From a bacterium (lineage in GTDB: Bacteria; SZUA-182; DTGQ01; JAFGSM01), in NCBI GenBank assembly GCA_049472315.1, contig JBLIRN010000025.1:1-43833 (forward strand): 43,833 nucleotides of DNA, written 5' to 3'. Below are positions 20,610-28,229 of the stretch, one piece after another; position 1 is the first letter of the stretch, and every line of letters begins with the position of its first letter. The notes under the pieces were generated by a model that ran no database searches, was not told the DNA's origin, and was given only the letters and a program-made list of their open reading frames with translations. A program made the translations under genes and the position numbers.

Positions 20610-20838
20610 ACATCACCATCACGAGGATGTAAAAAAACTCGAGGCTGGGTTACCCTATCTGCTCAAACACAATCAGGAACATGTGAAGGATCTGGAAAAA
20701 TGGATGCAAAGGGCGAGAGATGCCCATCAAGACGCCGTCGCCGATGAGCTGCATAAGATCCTGGAACTATCCAGGCAAATCACCATGCACTTCGAGGCTG
20801 CATTGGCTGCATTGGAGCATCATCACCGCAATGGATAG
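20602..20838 (+). CDS. Small His-rich helical protein, putative metal chaperone
   Basis: MHEHHHHE N-terminus; KHNQEH...W core; terminal HHH; overlaps cooT by 8 nt. Confidence 0.75.
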   Translation: MHEHHHHEDVKKLEAGLPYLLKHNQEHVKDLEKWMQRARDAHQDAVADELHKILELSRQITMHFEAALAALEHHHRNG

Positions 20839-21101
20839 AGCCGTACCTGAAAAAACAGCATCATGGTCACGCGCATGGTTGAGCACACAGGCATGGGCAG
20901 GGGGAAAGACGTAGCCATATTCATGGCAGCCGGAATCGCGATAATCATGATCTTCACTATCATGAGCAGAGCCTCGATATGTCTTACATTACAGCGTAAT
21001 CCGCAGGAATAGGGTAAGGCATGGCGGGGAAAATCATTTGATTCAAGAATATGTTTATTATATGTTGGGGACCTGTTGGGGACTAAGATAAGATATTTTA
21101 T

Positions 21102-21271
21102 CACTACTGTCCGGTTAAAAATAAAGCAATTTGCCATAGCACGCTAATATCAAGGATTTTGGGATGTCAGACATTTTATCGATTTCAAATCGCTTTAACA
21201 TTTCGCTATTAATAAAATCAATCTGTTACGATCTTAAAAATTACATTTTCGAGAACAACCGGACAGTAGTG
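21102..21271. mobile_element. MITE, 170 bp, with 15-bp perfect terminal inverted repeats and a 9-bp target-site duplication
   Basis: CACTACTGTCCGGTT (21102-21116) / AACCGGACAGTAGTG (21257-21271); ATATTTTAT at 21093-21101 and 21272-21280; AT-rich interior. Confidence 0.85.
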
Positions 21272-21377
21272 ATATTTTATATAAATTGTAATATGGGACT
21301 TCCCCTGAATTTTGTGATGTAAGATTTTCAGGGTGAGAGAATGTCTGTTTCAACCTTAAGGAGGAGTGAAAGAAAAA

Positions 21378-21548
21378 ATGAGCCTATGGAATAAGCTGTT
21401 TAGAAGAAATCCACCCGAATCCGCCATTCATCTTGGGCGCAATGAACCGTGCTGGTGCGGTAGCGGCAAGAAATACAAGAAGTGTCACTACGCATCGGAT
21501 CAGAAATATTTCTCTCGTCTCTTCGCACCCACCTGCAAAACCTCTTGA
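21378..21548 (+). CDS. Small SEC-C motif protein (possible Sec read-through at the TGA)
   Basis: [28 protein letters not shown]. Confidence 0.85.
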   Translation: MSLWNKLFRRNPPESAIHLGRNEPCWCGSGKKYKKCHYASDQKYFSRLFAPTCKTS

Positions 21549-21582
21549 AGTCTAAAATCGAGGTGAGTCTCACCTTCTCTTA

Positions 21583-21933
21583 TTATGAAATCTCCACATA
21601 TACCCTTTTCTCCTCCACCGTGACAGGGTATGTCGTGAGGTCCCTTTGCGAGCGGATCACATTCAGGGCCTGGATTCCCGGCGGGAAGTGTGCCCACCGG
21701 ATCACCTTCCCGGTTTTGATATCGAACCGGGCCTTGTGGATTCTGCACTGAATGATGTGGCCGTCGATCAGCTTCCCCTTTTCCAGGGATGCAAACATGT
21801 GGGGGCACCGGCTCTGGATGGCAAAAAGGCCCTCCTCAAGATGAAAGACAAGGACTGACTCTCCATCCACGTCGAATTTCTTCCGTCCACCCAAAGGGAT
21901 CGCGTCTTCATCACACACAAACCTGAGCGCCAT
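21583..21933 (-). CDS. Rieske [2Fe-2S] ferredoxin
   Basis: CPH...CRIH ligands, ARFDIKTG, YPVTVE; AAGGAG RBS. Confidence 0.9.
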   Translation of the reverse strand: MALRFVCDEDAIPLGGRKKFDVDGESVLVFHLEEGLFAIQSRCPHMFASLEKGKLIDGHIIQCRIHKARFDIKTGKVIRWAHFPPGIQALNVIRSQRDLTTYPVTVEEKRVYVEIS

Positions 21934-22016
21934 GATCGCTCCTTTCTCGCTATAATGAGGCCGCAAAAAACATATTCCTGAGTTGAGTGTATCAGAATCT
22001 GAGGGAGAGATCGAAC

Positions 22017-22334
22017 ATGGCAGGAATGAAAAGTAAAACCAATTTCAACCACTATCTTGATATGATTACAAGGAATGATTCACTGAGTTTTCAGATCGTG
22101 GGAGAAACATTCGACTATTCCTGTCTGGGCACCAGAAAGCAATACAATATCGATCTCAATTTTAAGACCCTGGTCTCGGATATTGGAGGGTTCTTGCCTC
22201 ATGCCATCAAGAATCGAGGCGTGCGTTCTGTGGAATCCAATGTAATGAAAGGCCTAAGATATTCCTCAATGCAGGAATATGAGCAGGAGAAATTGTGGCT
22301 CGTGCAGTTGGCCAATAATGCGTCAGGTCAATGA
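22017..22334 (+). CDS. Hypothetical protein (doubtful)
   Basis: GAGGGAG RBS before ATG; 105 codons; no recognisable motif. Confidence 0.3.
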   Translation: MAGMKSKTNFNHYLDMITRNDSLSFQIVGETFDYSCLGTRKQYNIDLNFKTLVSDIGGFLPHAIKNRGVRSVESNVMKGLRYSSMQEYEQEKLWLVQLANNASGQ

Positions 22335-22431
22335 AACCGGCTGGAAAAGGTACGGCAAGTATTGAAGATACTCTTAAAGAGAAGTCTGCAATGAGGGCAA
22401 CGAAGGGTACCTATTAGCATCGTGAGCATTG

Positions 22432-23037
22432 TTATTGTACGGCGGAGTTTTTCCTGGGGAGGATTGCCCTTCTCAGGATCATAAAGCCGATGATACCCCC
22501 GATGAGAAAGGGAAGAACGACTTGGACCCAGAGCAGACGATAGGGCAGAAGGAATACAGGTGGGGGATGCTGAAGATTCGGCGGCACGGTCCGTACGTAA
22601 TAGGAGATTGCCGCGGATATCCAGGTAAAGGCCCAGGCCACGAATGCGACCACCCCCAGCCATTTGCGAGGGCCGTATAACGGCCTTTTATTGAAATAGG
22701 AGTGATACGTCTTCCACAGGATAAACACCAACACAATGAACGATCCCCATGTATGGATATTGAAGGAAGGGCTTTGCAACTCCAGGGGAGGTTCGTTCAC
22801 GGTCAACGCGCCGATGAATCCCACGATACCCGCAAAGAGGCCCAGAAAGTATAGCATAGTGGCGAAGCTGCCGAATGCCCTGTGTGTGCGGAAGATCCTA
22901 TCGTTGGTCTTGATCAGGGCGGGCTGTTTTTTGATATACGCTGCATAGTATCCTGCCATGCCGGCGACCGTGGCGCATATCATGCCCAGAAAGGTGATAA
23001 TGGTATTGAACTCGACCTGGATTATATGTAAGGTCAT
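22432..23037 (-). CDS. Polytopic membrane protein, cytochrome b-like (DUF6529-like)
   Basis: About 5 TM helices; His at helix starts (THRAFG, IHTWG); K...LG...W.TW.SA pattern; ATGA overlap with the upstream gene. Confidence 0.7.
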   Translation of the reverse strand: MTLHIIQVEFNTIITFLGMICATVAGMAGYYAAYIKKQPALIKTNDRIFRTHRAFGSFATMLYFLGLFAGIVGFIGALTVNEPPLELQSPSFNIHTWGSFIVLVFILWKTYHSYFNKRPLYGPRKWLGVVAFVAWAFTWISAAISYYVRTVPPNLQHPPPVFLLPYRLLWVQVVLPFLIGGIIGFMILRRAILPRKNSAVQ

Positions 23038-23378
23038 CCCACTATCTCGGCCAGCCTTCTGCTGTCCGCTCCGAAATATACGTCGTTGCCGATACGCACC
23101 ACCGGCCTGCGTACCAGGCGGGGTTCCCCGATCATCAACTCGATCAACTTGTCGTTGCCGAGCTTTTCTCGATCCACGCCCAGGGCTTTGAAGCTGGGGC
23201 TGCGGAAGTTGAACATCTCCGAGGCCGGTTTCCCCTGAAGCAGGCCCTCAATTTCAGCGTGATTGAAGGGATTCTTGAAGAAATCACGCTCGTTGATTTC
23301 GATCCCCTTGTGCGAAAGAAACTCCTTCGCCTTTCTGCAGGTGTTTCATTTCACCCAGCAATAAAAATCGATCTTCAT
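23034..23378 (-). CDS. ArsC/Spx-family thioredoxin-fold selenoprotein (UxxC)
   Basis: GGAGG RBS; MKIDFYCWVK-TGA(23348-23346)-NTCRKAKEFLSHKGIEINERDFFKNP...PRLVRRPVV in one frame; TGA occupies the first Cys position of CxxC. Confidence 0.85.
23312..23330 (-). promoter_or_regulatory. Putative bacterial SECIS hairpin
   Basis: GCGAAGGA-GUU-UCUUUCGC; the stem starts 15 nt after the UGA and the G-initiated loop 23 nt after it. Confidence 0.7.
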
Positions 23379-23573
23379 TGTATGACCTCCTTCAATTGCT
23401 GAATATTCAGACGTTCCCGGCCAGAATGCCCTCGGGTTTGATTCAGGATTAATAGGCAATAATAGCCGCCTTTCGATTCCTTTGTCAAAGAATGGACGTG
23501 GACTATGTCCCGATACCACGGGTGATATCACACCTATCGGCCCTTAAAAGTTGGTGCTACGAAAAAATTAAAC

Positions 23574-23602
23574 TTGACACAATTTGTGAGTGGTGTTAGT
23601 AT
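23574..23602 (+). promoter_or_regulatory. Sigma70 promoter
   Basis: TTGACA, 17 nt, TAGTAT with an extended TGn. Confidence 0.65.
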
Positions 23603-23636
23603 CCGGATTGTCATGCTCAATTAGCACCCTTTCTCC

Positions 23637-23685
23637 GATTGAGGGGACATGGCTTAGAAGACATGTCCCCTCAATCCTATTTTTT
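23637..23685 (+). terminator. Intrinsic terminator in the leader of the TonB receptor relic
   Basis: Perfect 15-bp stem GATTGAGGGGACATG/CATGTCCCCTCAATC followed by CTATTTTTT. Confidence 0.7.
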
Positions 23686-23789
23686 AAGACAACAGTGCGT
23701 GCGATGAGAAAGTAAGCGGATGGATATCAACATGCCGACCGGAGACATCCGGCAAAAATGGGGCGAGATGGAAGGAAGGAGAGGGTCGT

Positions 23790-25112
23790 ATGTCTTTTGA
23801 CAGGGCATGCCGTATCACGGCACGGATATGTGGAATGGTACTTTTTTGTTTTTTGTGCAGCCGGGCCTTCTTATGCCCATGCGGAGCCGAAGAAGCAGAG
23901 CCCCCCCGGTTTTTTCTTGGAGACATCGTTATCACCGCAACAAGGACTGAGCGTCTGTTCAGGGACATCCCCGCCAGTGCCGGCATCATTGATAAAAATG
24001 ATATGGGAAGACAAAAGGTATACACATTGGATGAGGCACTGCGCTATCAGGCAGGGCTCTCATCGCTGATGGTGCAGGATGAAACAGGGATATCGAGCCA
24101 TGTTGGCCTGCGGGGTTTCAGAGGGCAGGGAAGGACACAGCTCCTTTTGAATGGGCATCCCATAAACGGCGGGTATAATGGGCAGGTGGACTGGACCATG
24201 CTGCCTGTCGAAGGCATAGACCGGATAGAGATCGTCAGGGGACCATACTCCGCCCTCTATGGGGGCACGGCAATGGGAGGGACCATCCAGATCATCACCA
24301 GGGATATCGAAAAGACCACGCTTTCCGCGAAGGGGCTTGTCGGAGAGGACAACACGAAAGGATACAGGCTCCATTTCGGTGCCAAACCATGGTAGCGTTT
24401 TTCCTTTTCCATTGGCTATGAGGAGAAAGAGACGGATGGGTACATCGATCAGTACGTGGTAAAGGCATCGACCCCCTCCGGAGGCGGTGGGGGCGGGGGC
24501 ACGCCAAAGACCGGGGTGGGATGGACATCCACTCAAACACCGACAGGTCAGGATGCATATCTGATCGGTGACAATGGCGAGCACTGGGCGGAGACCAGCG
24601 GACTTAGCACGCAGATCGCCTTTGATGTTACCCCTTCCATGAAACTCAAGGGATTTTTCATGAACCAGGATTCAAAAAACGGATACAAGAATCCCCATTC
24701 CTATCTGACCGACCCGAATACCGGGGGAACGCTGTGGAACGGCTCCTTAAGGCTCGATCCCCTGAAACCTGCCATATTTGTATTGACCGTGGCCCTGCGT
24801 TTTTTCCCTTTAATGTTGAGGGAGATAAACCTTGTGAAGGAGAGCGCGTATGGAAGAGGGGCAGTGAGATGGAAGGGGTTTTTTCGCCATCCCTATCGAA
24901 CCTTCCGGGCCCTTTTCATCCCCATTGTCATCCGCTCGTTGAAAAGGGCGGATAGCCTTGCCGTTGCAGCAACCGTGCGCGGTTTTGGCGCCCCCGTGTC
25001 CAGAACATCCCTGTATACCCTGTGCATTGGATGGAAGGACTATCTTTTTCTATCCGTCGTGCCGGGTATCTCCCTTTCCTTCCTGCTCTTCGACATCTGG
25101 ATTGCGGGATAA
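23790..25112 (+). pseudogene. Chimeric pseudogene: TonB receptor N-terminus (internal TAG) fused in frame to an EcfT/CbiQ C-terminus
   Basis: Plug motifs IVITATRTE and IDRIEIVRGPYSALYGGTAMGGTIQIIT; TAG at 24393-24395; the same frame continues as receptor, then switches near 24750 to ALRFFP...GRG...FIPIVIRSLKRADSLAVAATVRGF. Confidence 0.75.
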
Positions 25113-25132
25113 GGAAGATCGGATTTTCGGCC

Positions 25133-25795
25133 ATGATACTCGCCGCACACAACCTGACCCTTTCCTATCCAGGTTTCCGGGAACCTGTGCTTAAAGATAT
25201 CAGTCTCGATATCCGGCCCGGTGAGTTCGTATTGATTGCAGGTGAAAGCGGGAGCGGCAAGTCGTCATTGCTGAACTGCCTGAGCGGCCTCATCCCGGGA
25301 TTCCTGATCCCTCAGCAGGGAGAGATACGTATCTGCGGGATCGCTCCCCATTGCTACCCTGCCGAAAAGAGAGGTCAAACCGTACGGATGGTGTATCAGA
25401 ATCCCGATCACCAGCTCTTCATGCCGGACTCCCTTTCGGAGGTCATGTTTCCTCTAAGTGTCAAAAAGGGAAGGGAGGATGATGAATCAGTGGAAACGGC
25501 CTGCGCCATCATGGATCGACTGGGATTGCTTAAACTGAAGGGGCGGCATCCCCATACATTGAGCCTTGGAGAAAAAAAACGGCTTGCCATTGCCTTCGCC
25601 CTTTTCCACAAGCCCGCGGTCCTTTTGCTGGATGAGCCCACAACGGGGATCGATAAAAAAAACGTTCAGAATCTCGTAACTCTCCTAAAGGAATACGGAT
25701 CTCGTGGGACCACCATCGTCATCGCCTCCCATGATGACACCTTGACAAAAAGGATTTGTCACAGGGAGGTCGTCATCGATCCTTCAGGTCGTTAG
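25133..25795 (+). CDS. ECF transporter ATPase (EcfA/CbiO family)
   Basis: GESGSGKS, YQNPDHQLF, LSLGEKKR, LLLDEPTTG, SHD motifs. Confidence 0.85.
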   Translation: MILAAHNLTLSYPGFREPVLKDISLDIRPGEFVLIAGESGSGKSSLLNCLSGLIPGFLIPQQGEIRICGIAPHCYPAEKRGQTVRMVYQNPDHQLFMPDSLSEVMFPLSVKKGREDDESVETACAIMDRLGLLKLKGRHPHTLSLGEKKRLAIAFALFHKPAVLLLDEPTTGIDKKNVQNLVTLLKEYGSRGTTIVIASHDDTLTKRICHREVVIDPSGR

Positions 25796-25819
25796 AAAGA
25801 GATCCCGACACATACAGAC

Positions 25820-26158
25820 CTAATCATATCGCCGTGCTGCAAACTCGATAATCACGCCATAGACGATGCCGGCAAGGAATGCCACGATGTCCCGCATGCC
25901 CGTGGACAAAAAGAACGCAGCGCTCACCAGAAAACCCAACAGGGCGCCCCGGACATACCGGTTCAAGGGGCCGTCGACAATCCTCCACCCACCCGCCAGT
26001 CCGATAATCAGCCCCAAAATGACCCGGTTATACCACATGGCGAAGAGGTACAGCCCTCTGCCGGCGAACCCTCCGGCCCTCACACTTCCCCCGATGATGC
26101 AGATGACGCCCAAAACCGCCCCGGTAACCACCGATATGGTCAGTCGCTTTTTTGACAT
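25820..26158 (-). CDS. Small membrane protein (about 4 TM), hypothetical
   Basis: AAGGAGGG RBS; Gly-rich hydrophobic helices; WYNRVILG. Confidence 0.7.
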   Translation of the reverse strand: MSKKRLTISVVTGAVLGVICIIGGSVRAGGFAGRGLYLFAMWYNRVILGLIIGLAGGWRIVDGPLNRYVRGALLGFLVSAAFFLSTGMRDIVAFLAGIVYGVIIEFAARRYD

Positions 26159-26408
26159 CATACCCTCCTTGACAAGATTGTTCGTATGCCCGCGCGTAGA
26201 TTGTGGATGTATGATTTATTATATTCATAGACAACATCGGAAAACAATGCGGTATCCCTTCCGGCGGATCACGGATCATTCTCGAAAAGGCGTAAACCGG
26301 GGCATGGGGCACCGCCGATAGTTGTTGCATATAAGAAGGGAATTCATCATAATGGTGACAGTGGCCATATCTGCCCGGCGCCATATACACCAACAGGAGA
26401 GACCAACT

Positions 26409-27479
26409 ATGAGGACGGGAATCGCCCATCTGCCCCTGCACTACGGCAAGGCGCCTGCGTGGCTTTTCAGCCGGATGAGGCTCCTTGCCCGGCAGGTCAC
26501 TCTCGCCATCGTCGAGGAGTACGGCCCCAGGGAGATGCTGGTGCGGCTTTCCGACCCCTTCTGGTTCCAGGCCTTCGGGTGCGTGCTGGGCTTCGACTGG
26601 CACAGCAGCGGGCTGACCACCACGGTGTGCGGCGCCCTGAAGGAGGGGATCAAGGGGCTGGAGAGGGATCTGGGACTGTGTGTGTGCGGGGGGAAGGGGA
26701 GGGTGTCGCGCAAAACCCCGGATGAGATTACGCACCTCGGTGGGATGTTGGGCATGGATCCCGCGCCCCTGGTATATGCCAGCCGCATGTCCGCCAAGGT
26801 GGACAACACCGCGCTCCAGGATGGCTACCAGCTCTACCATCACAACCTGATCTTCACCCGGGAAGGGGAGTGGACGGTCATCCAGCAGGGGATGAATGAA
26901 ACAAACCGCTATGCGCGGCGCTACCACTGGCTGGGAAGCACGGTGGCGGATTTCGTGTGCGAGCCGCACTCGGCAGTCTGCTGTGACTCTTCGGGTGAGG
27001 TGTTGAACATGGTGGCCGAGGAAAGCGACAAGGCCAGGGATGCGAGCGCCGCCATCTCCAGGGAGCACCCGGAGAGGATTATCAAGGAGTTCACCGGCAT
27101 CCGGGAGCAGCTCACCCTCCCGCGGGAGCACCCGGTGCATCCCTCCCTTATCCATCCCAACCGGCTGAAGAAGGTGCTCCTTTCCACCTATGAACAGCAG
27201 CCCCAGGACTTTGCCTCCCTTCTGGGTATGCCCGGGGTCGGCCCGCAGACCATCCGCTCCCTGAGCCTTCTGTCCGAGCTTTTATACGGCGCCAAGGCCA
27301 GCTTCAGGGACCCGGTGCGATTCAGCTTCGCCCACGGGGGGAAGGACGGCCACCCCTATCCCGTCGATCGGGCAAACTACGACCGCTCCATCGATTTTCT
27401 CAAACGGGTGGTGGACCAGGCACGGATCGGCAGGACGGAGAGGCTCCACGCCCTGAAGCGTCTCAGCAACCTGGTCTGA
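26409..27479 (+). CDS. DUF763 domain protein
   Basis: GIAHLPLHYGKAPAWLF, DPFWFQAFGCVLGFDWHSSG, SAKVDN...QDGY, FAHGGKDGHPYPVD. Confidence 0.9.
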   Translation: MRTGIAHLPLHYGKAPAWLFSRMRLLARQVTLAIVEEYGPREMLVRLSDPFWFQAFGCVLGFDWHSSGLTTTVCGALKEGIKGLERDLGLCVCGGKGRVSRKTPDEITHLGGMLGMDPAPLVYASRMSAKVDNTALQDGYQLYHHNLIFTREGEWTVIQQGMNETNRYARRYHWLGSTVADFVCEPHSAVCCDSSGEVLNMVAEESDKARDASAAISREHPERIIKEFTGIREQLTLPREHPVHPSLIHPNRLKKVLLSTYEQQPQDFASLLGMPGVGPQTIRSLSLLSELLYGAKASFRDPVRFSFAHGGKDGHPYPVDRANYDRSIDFLKRVVDQARIGRTERLHALKRLSNLV

Positions 27480-27526
27480 CCATCATTTTTCAGGTGATGT
27501 CCATTTTGGCATTACATCATTTCTCC

Positions 27527-27580
27527 TTGACATTTCCCCCGGATGCCGATACTATATAAATAGGGTAACAAATGTTAGCT
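27527..27580 (+). promoter_or_regulatory. lexA promoter and candidate SOS box
   Basis: TTGACA (27527-27532), 17 nt, TACTAT (27550-27555); inverted repeat TAAC-AAAT-GTTA at 27566-27577 just after the predicted start site. Confidence 0.7.
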
Positions 27581-27600
27581 CTCGAAAGGGGGGGAGGATC

Positions 27601-28218
27601 ATGACCGAGCCCTTGACGCCACGCCAGAAAAAGGTGCTGGATTTCCTCATCAATCACATCAATTCCAGGGGCTTTCCCCCTACAGTGCGGGAGATCGGCG
27701 CCCACCTCGGCATCTCCGGACCCAAGGGGGCAAAGAAGTTCCTGGACATCCTGGAGCGGAAGGGGTATATCCGCCGTCTCTCCAAGAGCTCCCGGGCCAT
27801 CGAGGTCCTTCGCCCCCGGACGCAGGAGGGGGTGATGGTGCCCGTGGTGGGGAGGATACGGGCGGGGAGTCCCATCCTGGCCGTGGAAAACCTGGAGGGG
27901 GAGATCCCGGTGGATCCCTCCCTTGCCAGGGGAAAGGAACTCTTTTTTCTCAGGGTGGAGGGAGACAGCATGATCGACGCCCACATCCAGGAGGGGGATT
28001 ACGCCCTCATCCGGTCCCAGCCCACGGCGCACAACGGGGAGATCGTGGCGGTGCTGATCGGCGAGGATGCCACCCTGAAGCGGTTCTATAAGCAGCGGGA
28101 CCGGTTCGTCCTGCGGCCGGCCAATGCACGGATGGAGCCCATCGTCCTTACCCGGGAGCGCCCACCCACCATTCTGGGCAAGCTCGTCGCCGTATTCCGG
28201 ACATACGAGCGGGAGTAG
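27601..28218 (+). CDS. lexA: LexA repressor
   Basis: LTPRQ, GFPPTVREI, AG cleavage site (GRIRAGSP), GDSM, TLKR. Confidence 0.95.
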   Translation: MTEPLTPRQKKVLDFLINHINSRGFPPTVREIGAHLGISGPKGAKKFLDILERKGYIRRLSKSSRAIEVLRPRTQEGVMVPVVGRIRAGSPILAVENLEGEIPVDPSLARGKELFFLRVEGDSMIDAHIQEGDYALIRSQPTAHNGEIVAVLIGEDATLKRFYKQRDRFVLRPANARMEPIVLTRERPPTILGKLVAVFRTYERE

Positions 28219-28229
28219 GGGCATCCTTT

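Noticed and set aside
22332..22394. Sec read-through of the 22017-22334 ORF
   Set aside because: No Cys/redox context, only a weak AT-rich hairpin downstream, and the ORF itself is doubtful.
24393..24395. Pyrrolysine or amber read-through in the TonB receptor
   Set aside because: Not a catalytic position, the gene is truncated anyway, and no pyl genes are visible; a nonsense mutation is simpler.
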